From assembly GCA_033442325.1 (NCBI GenBank), contig JAWQFM010000017.1, positions 1,105,125 through 1,169,124 on the forward strand: DNA of 64,000 bases. The letters are read 5' to 3'. This document shows positions 22,601-38,868 of the stretch, piece after piece; within the stretch, counting starts at the first letter, position 1, and each line of letters opens with the position of its first letter. The translations under genes were made by a program, and so were the position numbers. Origin of the DNA: Salpingoeca rosetta (lineage: Eukaryota > Protista > Choanoflagellata). The notes beneath the pieces are model-generated. The model was given only the letters and a program-made list of their open reading frames with translations, had not been told where the DNA came from and made no database searches.

Positions 22601-24053
22601 CTGCCACGGTGCGTGCATGCATTTTCCTTGTAGATGAACGCATGTTTAATTGTTATTTGCAGCGTGTGTTGGTATCCTCCGTGGCAGGGGATACCCTGCC
22701 AGCTCTGCTTTACGGTCACCGCCTCACACCGTCCACTCCTCAACAAAACTGCATGTGTATTGTTGACGCAGGTAATGGCGCTGGTTCGCCAGCACGAGTG
22801 GATTGAGAGCGAGAAGCAGTACTTTGGGCAGAAGGACACCGCGTTTGAGTTTCGGGAGGGTGATCCCAACCGCGACCCATCGCTGTGCAAGAAGCGGCTG
22901 GCGCAGCTGCAGGCGTCCCAGGACAAGCTGTCGAAGAACGTGAACATGAAGGTCATGGCCATGTTTGACAAGGCTGAGAAGGAGTACAACGACCTCATCA
23001 AGAAGAAGCAGATTGTCGAGCAGGACAAGTCAAAGGTGCGCGCACGTGTGTATGTGTACGTGTGTGTAGGTGTGTGTGGTTGTGTATGTGTATGTGTGTG
23101 TGTGTGTGGTTGTGTAGGTGTATGTGTATGTGCGTGTGTAGGTGTGTAGGTGTATGTGTATGTGTATGTGTAGGGGTTTGTGCGTGCGTATGTGTATGTG
23201 CGTGTGTGTGTGTTTGTGCGTGCGTATGTATGTGTGCGTGTAGGTGTGTTTGCACAACGCATGAGTGTTTGAGCTTGCAGAATTGTATCAACACCACAAT
23301 GGACTGCACTCTCACGCTTACTCTTTCCCTCACACCATCACACTCATACCCCCCTTCCCCCGCAATGCACATTGGTCAGATTGAGCAAGCGATTGAGGAG
23401 CTTGACCAGAAGAAGAACGAGGCACTGCGCAAGGCGTATGTGCAGGTCAACGACCGCTTTGGGTCCATCTTCTCCACCCTGCTGCCGGGCACGCAGGCGA
23501 AGCTCGTGCCTGCAGAGGGCGGGGATGTGCTGAGCGGCCTGGAGGTGAAGGTCGCCTTTGGCCAGGTCTGGAAGGAGTCTCTCACCGAACTCAGCGGCGG
23601 CCAGCGGTACGCGTCTTTGTTGTTGGTGGTGTTGCTGTTGGTCATGGTGTTGGTGGCTGGTGTTGGCGATGGTGTAAGTGTTGTTGGTGTTGTTGACATT
23701 GCTGTCTGCTGTGCGGCGGAGACGGCCAGTCTTCGTCGCGTCTGTTTCACTGCACACACATGTCGTGCTTGCTTCTTTTCCCTTTCCCATGCACACGCAC
23801 GCTCACACACACACACGCACGCTCACTCACGCACGCGTTTGCCCTGTTATTCCCCACCTCCACTTGATACAATTCTCCAGGTCTCTTGTTGCGCTGTCGC
23901 TGATTCTGTCGCTGCTGCTGTTCAAGCCCGCGCCGCTGTACATTCTGGACGAGGTCGACGCTGCACTCGATCTCTCCCACACCCAGGTGCCGTGGGGACG
24001 TGGTTTTGTGTGCTTTGTGTGTTTTATATGTGTATGTGTGTGTGTGCATATGT

Positions 24054-24127
<74 letters not shown>

Positions 24128-24534
24128 CATGTGGAGGGAATAGTGCTTGCGAGCTATAGTTGCTCGACCCCGAGACCGACCTTCTGCCGCGCTCTCATCT
24201 TCGCTCACGGAACATTTCTTCTTCTGTTTGCCTCGCCCTCGCCATCCTCGTCACCATCGTTTAGAACATTGGCCAAATGCTGCGCATGCACTTTAAGAAG
24301 TCGCAGTTTGTCGTTGTGTCGCTCAAGGACGGCATGTTCAACAACGCCAACGTGCTCTTCAAGACCAAGTTCATCGACGGCGTCTCGACCGTGCGCAGGT
24401 GTGTACGTGTGTGTGCGCTTTTGTGCTTTTGTGCTTGCATGTACGCGTTCATGCATGTGCATGTGTGTGTGTGTGTGTACATGTGGCTGTGAGCATTCTT
24501 GGTGTCCGAAGCCATGTGCAATAGACAATTTGAT

Positions 24535-24602
<68 letters not shown>

Positions 24603-24729
24603 CAGGTTTGCTCAAGCACCGTCTGCGACCGAGAAGGAGAACTCAAGCGGCCGTAAGGCGGCCAACACGTCCAAGAAGCCCAAGCGCGCAGCTAAGGTGC
24701 CCGCAGCCCTCGCGGCCCAGCGCTCCTGA
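15724..24729 (+). CDS. SMC2: Structural maintenance of chromosomes protein 2 (condensin), 24 exons
   Basis: [15 protein letters not shown], Walker [35 protein letters not shown], hinge [36 protein letters not shown], signature LSGGQR, Walker [16 protein letters not shown] exons: 15724-15735, 15940-16095, 16381-16785, 17018-17116, 17385-17441, 17662-17802, 18001-18150, 18437-18583, 18805-18876, 19069-19132, 19330-19406, 19686-19862, 20095-20322, 20538-20660, 20990-21112, 21372-21554, 21723-21860, 22025-22287, 22440-22608, 22772-23035, 23380-23606, 23881-23986, 24265-24398, 24606-24729. Confidence 0.97.
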
Positions 24730-25150
24730 GCGGTCATGTGGCATGTGTTGTTGGATGTTCTGTTGATCTGTTGAACTTTTGAACCGTCACGGGGATGTGT
24801 AATTGGAGGCTGTCATTGCTGCTCCAATTCCCATTGTGTTCATGCCCCTTCATCTACTCTGTTCATGTGGTGATGCATTCGTTCTGTGTGTCACGTGTCA
24901 TAGAGTTTTTTTTTCCTTCTGTGTGTTCATGCGTTGTTGAGTGCCGCCACTTTGTGCCTGGACAATTGTTGTTCTCGTTGATTCGCTGTATTTGTCGGTG
25001 TCCACCACGCCCTTTTCTTCCCCTTGCCAACCAGAAAGCCCTTGTGTGCATGCTCGTGTGTGTGGGCTGTTCTTGCTGTTCCCTGCACATTGTTGTTTCT
25101 TTACACGCTTCCTCCTACAATGAATGAATCATAGTGACGTGCTCATGCAT

Positions 25151-25192
<42 letters not shown>

Positions 25193-25296
25193 ACGTGTGT
25201 GTGTGTGGATGTGTGTGGACGTGTGTGTGTGTGGACGTGTGCCGAGGAGATGTACGCAGACAGACACAGAACAAACACAGAACAGACACAGAACAG

Positions 25297-25328
<32 letters not shown>

Positions 25329-25466
25329 ACACACACAGACACACACACAGACACACACACATGCATACACGCCATCGTGTGGTAAAATCAAATGCACCGA
25401 TTTTGCCAACAAATGAGCGTATTTTACCAACGTGGCAAAATCACACGTGTCTGACTGCAGAAGAAG

Positions 25467-29371
<3,905 letters not shown>

Positions 29372-29395
29372 TGCAGGTGGTGTGTGTTGTTGTTG

Positions 29396-29443
<48 letters not shown>

Positions 29444-30236
29444 TTTGTGTGTGTGTGTGTGTTTGTGTGTTTGGTTTGTGTGTTTGGTTTGAACCCTGTT
29501 TCTGCTTGCTCTTTCGTCCTTCCTCACTGCCTCTGCGTCTGTCATACCTCTTTCTTTCAAAGTGCGGTTGTGTTGTCGTGTATTGGATGTGGTTGGTGTT
29601 GGCCATGAACGAGGCGAAGAAGGGAACGGAAGGTGGTCGAAACAGAGGAGTAAAGGTTGGTTGAGTGACACGTGATAACGGCCGTGGTCACAGTACCTCA
29701 GCAGTAAAGTCAACGGTTCGGAAGGCTGCTGTTGCACGATGGCAAGCCAGCAAAGCACAGACAAGAACGTCAACAACGGCAGGCACGGATAGCAACCATT
29801 GCACACTCAGCCCAAAGCAAGGAGCAGAGCAGCAAATTGCATGTCACGACAGCACGCAGTGAGAGGCTGTGATCAGGAAAGGTTAAACACACAAGGCAGA
29901 CGCGTGAACAGACATAGCAAAAAGGTTGGTTGGCGAGAGGGCGGGGGAGACAAATGGCAATGCCAATGAAGGAGAACACACGTACATGAAAAAAGCAAAC
30001 ACACACACACACACACAAACATACTCTCTCACACACACAAACATACACTCACACGCACACAAACATACTCTCTGTCTCACACACAAACATACACACACAC
30101 ATACACACACACTCTCACACACACACTCACAAACGTACACACTCACACACACACAGCGCACTATCGTTGTTAGAAAAAGAAAGAGGGAACAAAAGAACAA
30201 GACGGCAACCATCATGGGTGGTCTGCCGCCATAACA

Positions 30237-31265
30237 TCACGATGACCACTGGCCATCATAATGACGGCCGTCGTTGTAGTTGTCATCCCTGCGTGGATGA
30301 TCCTGGTCTCGGGGTTGGTCTTGGAAGTGGAACTGGTGGCCATCGTGGTGGGGCCCACGTTCGGGTTGCTGACAACCGACGTCTGTGTTGAACAGGGCCG
30401 ACAGCTGAGGTTTGACCTGCAGCATAATCTCCTCTGTCTTGAGGGTTGCGAGCTCGCTGTCTTTCTGCTGCAGCTGCGTCCTTAGCTGTGCCACTTGCGC
30501 TTTCAGCGCGGCCACTTCTGCGTCGCGCTCGGCCCTTTTCTTTCTTTCGGACCTGGCTGTTGATGATTTCTTGCGCTCCTCCCTCAACCGGTCGCCCGCA
30601 CACTTGTCGAGAAGGCGGTGGATGGCTGGGAGCTGCCAACTCTGGAGCTCACGACTGAGCACTTTGTCGCAGAAGAAACGCACCCCGTGGCCTGGTTTAA
30701 ACTGGTCGAGGGTCTGCTCTGGATCCCGTTGCAGGCGCGCTCGCGCTTGTGCAAGCGTGGTGGTGTCAGGCGGCAAAATGCCAGCATGTATCAGGAGCTG
30801 GATATCGGCGTTGATTGACCCGCCATACAGAGATCGGCCTTGTCGTGTGGGCAAGGGCACCGTCTGCCGTCTTGGCCTCTGCAGCTGCTGGTGAAGCTGC
30901 TGTCGTCGCAGGGGGGAGGCCGACCTTCGGTGCAGAGGTGCAGCAGGCGCTGCTGAGGACTGCCGTGGCTGTTCTGCTGGCTGTTGCTGCATCTGTTGTG
31001 GCAGTGGTTGATACACATGCTGCTGTGGTTGCACTGGCACATGCTGCAGGTCCTGCTGCAATAAGTGTTGCAGCTGGTCCTGTTGTTGCTGTAATGGCAC
31101 ATTCCCGTTCACTGGGCGATGCAGTTCCTGCTCCCGCCGCAGCTCTTGCTGCGCTGGTGAACGCCCTCGCTCTTGCGGCGTGTGTTCTTCCGAGAACTGG
31201 TAGTGTGAGTGCTCAGAGTCGGGCGAAGACATGGTGCCCGAGCGAGGTCCCGTCGCCATCAGAAG

Positions 31266-31299
<34 letters not shown>

Positions 31300-31397
31300 A
31301 GAAACAGCAGTTCCTCTTGGTGGAGCGCATGTCCATGGTGGGGCTGACCAGTGCTGCTGTGACGCTGGTTTTTGTCGTTGTGAGCACTGCCGAACAT
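30237..31397 (-). CDS. Intronless Gln-rich protein with C-terminal basic region and leucine zipper (atypical bZIP-like transcription factor)
   Basis: Likely start ATG at 31397 (MFGSAHND). PolyQ/Q-rich N-half, then RLREERKKSSTARSERKKRAERDAEVAALKAQVAQLRTQLQQKDSELATLK with heptad leucines. Confidence 0.65.
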
Positions 31398-31763
31398 CTG
31401 CGTTTGGAGGTCAGTGGAGAAGGGGCCTTGATATGGGCCTGCTGCTGGGTGGGTGGTTACACGATCGCGTGAGGACTGTCTTTGCTCTTTTGAATTGGTT
31501 GGAGGAAAATGGCCAAACAAAGCCAAACAAAGCCCAACAAAGCCACACAGACGAGAAGAAGGGTGCGGAGAAGGTGCTGGCGAGTGGGGAGGACCGTCAA
31601 CAAAGAAACAGCCAGCAGCCTGCAGCCAGAAGCAAAGGGCATAGCCACTGGCTGGCAACAAAACGAAACCCTCACACCTTGGACAGCTTCGTTGAGTTGG
31701 AAATGATGACTCATCGAGCAGAATTGTGTTGGAAGTCTTTGGTAAATGCTCACAACTTGCGAG

Positions 31764-31775
31764 TTGGCGCCAAAA
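31764..31775. promoter_or_regulatory. E2F-like site TTGGCGCCAAAA just upstream of the dCMP deaminase ATG
   Basis: Matches TTTSSCGC on the minus strand and is near-palindromic; lies 22 nt before the ATG of an S-phase nucleotide gene. Confidence 0.45.
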
Positions 31776-31797
31776 AAAAGTCGGACGCAAACAGACG

Positions 31798-32232
31798 ATG
31801 ATGAGCGCGATGCAGGAGACGCGGTCGGGGAAGCGGGAAGGGTGTGTGAGCAAAGAGGCATGGCACATGGCCATGGCCATCCTGGCCAGTAAACGCTCAA
31901 AGGACCCAGTCACCCAGGTATACATGCACATGTGTGTATGTGTGGTGAGGGAGGGGGATCGTGTTGTGGTCGTGTTTGTGTGTGTGTTTGGGTATGTGGT
32001 TGTGTTTGTGTGTGTGTGTGTTTGTGTTTGTGCGTGTGTGTGTTTGCGCATGTGCTCTGTTTGGTGGAGCTGTGCATTCAAGTTTTGCAACAACACGGCT
32101 CATATTTGAGCGTGTCTTTGCAGGTGGGCTGCGTGATTGTGGATCCGAAAGGAATCGTGGTGTCCATGGGCTACAATGGCTTTCCCATCGGCTGCTCTGA
32201 CGAGGAGGTGTGTGTGTGTGTGTTTGTGCTCT

Positions 32233-32284
<52 letters not shown>

Positions 32285-32816
32285 GTTGTTTGCTGTCTTT
32301 TAATTTCGTACAGCCGCGCGTGCAAGTGAGGCCACCCCCTCGTGTGACTCTGCTTTGCTGGTTCTCATCTATCTTTGCTTTGTTTTGGTTTGGGACTGCT
32401 CTGTCGTCGAACACAGCTTCCTTGGGATAAGCACGCAGACAATCCATTGGAGACCAAATTCCCATACGTGGTGCGTGTCACGACAACTGCAACAGCACGA
32501 CGCTAACACGACACGACACCCACACATACACACATATACACATACACATACACACATACACAGGCACAGGCACGCACACACAGACACACAGGCACAGGCA
32601 CGCGCATGCAGTTTACTCATGATCCTCTCCATGCATCCCCATGTTCTGGCACCCACATGCTGTGTGGCATGACACAGTGCCATGCGGAGATGAATGCCAT
32701 TCTCAACACCAACGACCAGGATGTGAGCGGATGCATCCTCTACGCCACCCTGTTCCCCTGCAACGAATGCGCCAAGATGATCATTCAGGTGCGTGCTGCA
32801 CAACGAGGGCACCGTT

Positions 32817-32891
<75 letters not shown>

Positions 32892-33590
32892 CGGGGTGTT
32901 CGATACACCACAATATGCTTACCCATCATCAACAAGAGCAGCGTAATCCGTTTACTCACTCCTTGACCCCGTTTGGTTTTCCATCACATCAGGCTGGTAT
33001 CAAGGAGGTTGTGTACCTGTGTAACAAGTCAAAGGACAAACCACTTGTCGTCGCCTCACGCACTCTCTTTGACATGGCAGGTGTGTTGTGTTGTGTTGTG
33101 TTGTGTTGTGTTGTGTTGTGTTGTGTTGTGTTGTGTTGTGTTGTGTTGTGTTGTGTTGTGTTGTGTTGTGTTGTGTTGTGTTGTGTTGTGTTGTGTTGTG
33201 TGCTGTAGGTGTGCTGTTTCCGACTCATAGCACGTGCGGATATGCATGCACGCCCTCCGTCTCGCTCTCTTACACGCCCAATCATGCACACACACACATG
33301 CACATGCTTGTGCGCGCATGTCCGTGTTATCAGGCGTGACGTATCGTGCGTTTGACATGGAAGAGGCCGGCAGCAGGACCATCAAGATCAACTTTCGGCA
33401 GGTACCGCCGCCGTTTCACAGATCGCCACAACAAGACCGTGCTTGCAAGCAAACGACCGACGCATCCGCAGCGAAGAAATCCGAGCGAGAAGAGAACGAA
33501 GAGGAAGCGCAGCAGCGAGCTGGCGACCACACCAGTGCTGATACGGAGGGCACAACTCACGCCATGAAGCACCTGTCCCTGCACGCGTGA
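31798..33590 (+). CDS. DCTD: dCMP deaminase, 6 exons
   Basis: [73 protein letters not shown]. Exons 31798-31917, 32124-32207, 32417-32470, 32678-32788, 32993-33080, 33334-33590. Confidence 0.95.
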
Positions 33591-33729
33591 CATGACAGCT
33601 TGTGTGTGTGTGTTTGTATGTGTGTCTCTGTGTGTGTGCGTGCGAGTGTGTGCGTGCGAGTGTGTGCGTGCGTGCGTGCTTTACACTTGATTATGCCGTC
33701 ACAAACACCGACACACACACACACACACC

Positions 33730-33786
<57 letters not shown>

Positions 33787-34193
33787 CACACGCACACACA
33801 CCCATACGCATAAGCATACGCATACGCATGGGCACACACATGCGATTCTCGTTTTGTGGATTCCGTTCTGTGATACCTTTTATGCGTGTGCACATGCGTG
33901 GGGAAGATAAGGGAGGCTCCACAACCGTAATGATAAACGACAACAACAAATCCCCAAACCACGCACGCGAATATCGACAGGGAACTCGCGGTTCCATCCA
34001 CACGCACACGCACATGCACATGCACATCCTGGTACAGCCAGGCCAAACAATCACGCACACGCTTGCATCAACGAAGGGAGAATGACATGAGGCAGGAAAG
34101 GAGAAGGAACGCATGTCGCCAAAATGACAAGACAAACCAAACACGACGCAGAACGAGACAAGACAAACCAAACACGAGAACAGCGCCTGGGTG

Positions 34194-34680
34194 TCACGCT
34201 GCGCCGAGCCGTTGCGCTTCGTCAAATGCGTCGGCGTGTAAGGCCTCGCGCGCCTGTGAGCGCGGGCGGTGGCTGACGGAGCCAGATCGCCGGCGGGGAA
34301 GGAAGTTGGTGGTGCCGGTTGGCAGGATGCTCTTGGCGTCGCTCGTGTCGTCGGAGGTGAGGAAGTAGTGGCTGTTCTTGTCGACAGCGACCAGCGTCTT
34401 GATCATCACCTCGTCCTCTGTCATGACAATTGGCTTCTGGTTCTGCTTGTTCACAACGTGTGTGTCTGCGCCACGCAGCGCCAGAATCATCACGCTCTCA
34501 TACTCTGCCAAAGGTTGTGTGTTGGGCGGTGGGGGGAAGTGGTGAAGAGCAAGAACGGAGTGAGCGCGGGGTTGCATCACAATGCAGCAAGGTATGTGGC
34601 TACTCATGTACACGCACAGACACACACGGACACACAGACACAGACACACACAGACACAGAAACACAGACACACAGACACA

Positions 34681-34725
<45 letters not shown>

Positions 34726-36233
34726 CCCAAAACACGGCCAGCGCGTACGTCTGAAGTAAACGGCGAGGTGGAGCGGGGTGTTGCCGTCGGCGTCCTGTGC
34801 ATTCAGATCAATACCGGGCGCATCAACCAGCAGCCGCACCACGTCACTGCACCCAAGCGAAGGGATCGTGTGTGTGTGTGTGCGTGCGTGCGTGTGTGTG
34901 TTAGGGTAGCAGGTGATGGTCTAGGGCATGAGATTGTATGGGATCGCATGGTATGTGGAGGTGGGGTGTGTCTTGTGTAGTGATGGCAGTGTCGACCTGC
35001 AGGACACGATCGAGTTTTGCAAATTATCGCGTGAAGTGGTGACGTGCAGTGTGACTCACTCAAAACCGTTGCACGCCGCAACGTGAAGCAGTGTGGCGTC
35101 CTGCAAAAGCACGCCAATGAAACATACGCACCCACACGTGAGGCAGTGGTGTCGCTTGCACCAAGCAAGCGTGAAGCAAGGTGGACGGCGAAGTGGTTGG
35201 ATCAAACGTGCTTATCACAACGCCCACACCAAACAACCAAGCACTATCATACCGCCGCCGCCGCCACCATCATCATCATCATCATCATCATCGTCATCAT
35301 CGCCACCACCACCACCACCAGCGCCGAAATTACTGACGTTGTCGTTGATTGGAGCGTTGAGGTTGCGTCCTTTGCGGATCAAACGTTTCACATCCCGCAG
35401 CATCTTGCGCGCCGTGCCATGACGCAACTCGTCCAGCTGACACACAACAAGATGGGTGCGGGGGATGGAGAGGGGGAGAGGAGAAGGACAGGGGGCAACA
35501 AAGATGATTATGGGGTGAGGGTATGGTGCGTGTATTGGAGCGTGGAGAACCGAAAACGTGATGGGGACTCGGAGCACATCCGCGCAAATACACACACACA
35601 CGGGCGCACACACGGGCGCACACACACACACGCACACAGTCACACACACACACGCACGCACACACACACACACACGCACGCACACACACACACAGTCACA
35701 CACACACGCACACAGTCACACACACACACACGCACGCACACACACACACACACACACACATACACACTCACACACGCACGCCGTACATTGTCCAGGAGCC
35801 CCTGGTCTTCGAGGGCACGCTCGATGATGGCCTCTGTTCGCTCGTCGTCTGCCACGTCCAGTGCAAGATCGCCGTCTGCGTTTGCAAGCGTCACATCCGC
35901 TCCAGAGGCAATCAGCTTCGAGCAGATGCGCGCACCACCTGATGAGAGAGCCGCCACGAAAGGCAGGAAGGCACGGGGTGGTGGGAATGGGAAGGTAAGG
36001 CATTGCGTGTTGGGCCAGGATGATGGGTGAACTGGAACACACACAGGCAAGCACACGTGCACACGCGTGCGAGCGCACACGCGCGAATCGTGCACGGCGA
36101 CAGCGAGCATGGGTGGCGGTACCTGCTGCTGCGGCTGCGTGCAACGGCGTCCACCAGTCGTGATCGAGCGTATTGACATTTGCACCGGCATTTAGCAACA
36201 GTGTCACCGCTCGCAGCTGGCCTTCCACACACG

Positions 36234-36327
<94 letters not shown>

Positions 36328-36427
36328 NNNNNNNNNNNNNNNNNNNNNNNNNNNNNNNNNNNNNNNNNNNNNNNNNNNNNNNNNNNNNNNNNNNNNNNNN
36401 NNNNNNNNNNNNNNNNNNNNNNNNNNN

Positions 36428-36496
<69 letters not shown>

Positions 36497-37311
36497 GTAT
36501 GCGTGTGTGTGTGTGTGTACGTTGTATGCGTGTGAGTGAGGAGGCGGACAGCGAATCAGATGCACTTTTTTCGCCACAACGCATGATAATGTGTTGAGCA
36601 CAGTCGCACACACAGCCTTGCCTGTGGAGCGGGGTCATGCCGTCGCCGTCTGTGTCGTTGGGATTTGCGCCTTGCTCAAGGAGGGACTCGACGGTGGCCA
36701 TGTCGCCCTCAACGATGCAGTCCATGAGCAGGTCTGTGTCTGGAAACTTGACCATGCGTTTCCGGTTCTTCTTGGGCTTGGGCAGGTCTTTCTTCTTCAA
36801 CCTGTAGCCTCGCGGCGCATTGTGTACCTTGAACTCCACCTCCTGCAACACCAACCAAGGCAGTAACGTGGTTTGTTGGTGAGCCCGATGCAAATCGAGA
36901 AAATCGGGTGAACAGGGGAAGGGGGGGGGGGACACACAGGGCAACAGATGATTGAGGTGTGCACACATGTGTGTAAACACACAAGAACTTAGACAAGAAC
37001 TCTCGGACACTCGCAGGCAACATATGACTGTGTACACACACATGTGCACATGTACACACACACACACACACATGTGCACATGTGCACATGTACACAGCAC
37101 ACACACAGACACACACACACACAGACACACACACATATACATACAAACACACAAATACATACACAGATACACACACAAATAAACGCACACACAGACAAAA
37201 CACACACACCTCGCCGGATTCGAATCGCGCCAGGGTTTGCAGCTGTTCTTGTCTCCCTTGCTCTGCTGCCTTCTTGGCCTCCATCATGGCCGCCATGCTG
37301 TTGCTGCTCAT
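34194..37311 (-). CDS. Ankyrin-repeat protein phosphatase 1 regulatory subunit (MYPT1/PPP1R12-PPP1R16-like), 8 exons
   Basis: MyPhoNE-like RQEQL and RVxF-like KRMVKF directly before ankyrins GMTPLHRACVEG, WWTPLHAAAAAG, ADGDLALDVA, ATLLHVAACNG, GNTPLHLAV. Exons 37311-37210, 36842-36622, 36235-36123, 35938-35787, 35436-35338, 35100-35060, 34846-34749, 34504-34194. Confidence 0.88.
36328..36427. other. Assembly gap (100 N) within a (GT)n tract
   Basis: Run of N characters flanked by GT repeats. Confidence 1.
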
Positions 37312-37985
37312 GGTTGCCGTTGCTTGCTGTATTGGTTGGTGTCACCAGACGTGTGGCCTTGTGGCGGGTGGGTGGGAGTGCCAATCGAATCCTCCTTCGC
37401 CAACAACAACTTCCTCGTCTGCTTCTTCCCGTTGCTGAGGATTGTTGAATGATTTCTGCAAATGTTCGCGCTTGCCTTCGTGCTTGTTTTGTTTGTTTGC
37501 ATCCATGCTCGCAGGCAAACACAAGCATTCTTCTCCTTCCTGCCTGTTTGTGGTGTTTGTGCGTGGCGTGTGCTTGACCCAAGAAGCTGGGTTGTGCTGC
37601 TCCTGGCTCTCTCGCTTCCTCTTTTGACCCCCATAACCAACGACACTGAACACGAGAACCGTGAGTTCTCCTCTTGTCTTGTGGGTGGACCTGTTGAACG
37701 CGGCCCGCAATTTAGCAAGCAAGGCAACTCCCTCAGCTCAAGAAGACTCTGTTCTCTTCTTCGACTCTGCGTTCTTCTTTCTTCAGCCAACACCACGTTC
37801 TCCCTCAATTTACGCCTACAGTACAACCACCGCACAACAACGCTGCTGCTGTTGACCAGTGGCAGAAGCACTGCGCTGCGTGAGTGAGTGTGTATTTTGT
37901 GCTTGGTGGCCGTCAGCCAGCGGTGCATTGATATTGCCTGCAGGCAACACACCAAGCGGGCAAACCGTGACGAAACGGCGTCAGC

Positions 37986-38833
37986 ATGGCACCCGTTTCA
38001 GTACACCCACCACAGCACAGCCATGCACTTCGATGGCTCTCCACATTGCTCCTTGTTCTTGGCGTTTTCTCTTCTCTTTTGACCACAGGTATGGTGTGTG
38101 GATGGTGTCATGCAAACTGCGCAGCCGTTGCTTCTTCTTCCTTGTCTCGTGCTTGCTGTTGTGTGTTTTGGTTGTTTTCATCTCTACAACGCAGTCAATA
38201 CACACATGCTTGTTTGCATTGCTACTTTCATCAACATGAGCCAACTGCTCTTGTCCCATGCACTGCACACCCCATGTATTGCTTACACACACACACACAC
38301 ACACGCACACTTGCACACACACACTTGCCCACGCACAGCGGCCGGTTCGGCCATTGTGCTCGCCAACAACTTTGGAACATGTGGCATTGAGCCTTCCCTC
38401 GCCATCGGCAAGTGCGGCGCCGTGCACGTGTCCTTGGACTCATGGGAGCTGCAGCTTCAGGCACCGGCCGACCTGGAATGCAAGTTCTACCACGACAGCG
38501 ATTGCTCTCAAGTCGTTTCTTCGGGCCTCTCACCTGACATCTGGAGCACACCATCCTCCTCCATCCTTGCCAGAACAAACGTGCGCTTTTGTAAATGCTT
38601 AAATGGCCCTGACTGTTGTGCTTTCGTTGGTCGCTTGCTCTGTTGAACTTGCCCGCACACCTTCACAAGCTCTTGACGGTTCGTCTTCTTCGCCTTGCGA
38701 CACACACACACACACACACACTCACGCACAAACACTCACGCACAACACTCACGCACACACACACACACACACACACTCACGCACAACACTCACGCACACA
38801 CACACACACACTCACGCACAACACTCACGCACA

Positions 38834-38868
<35 letters not shown>

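Noticed and set aside
31398-32096. N-terminal 230 aa of the 619-aa minus-strand ORF overlapping DCTD
   Set aside because: It runs through the DCTD exon/intron and promoter; coding-like sequence begins near ATG 31397. A true overlap is unsupported.
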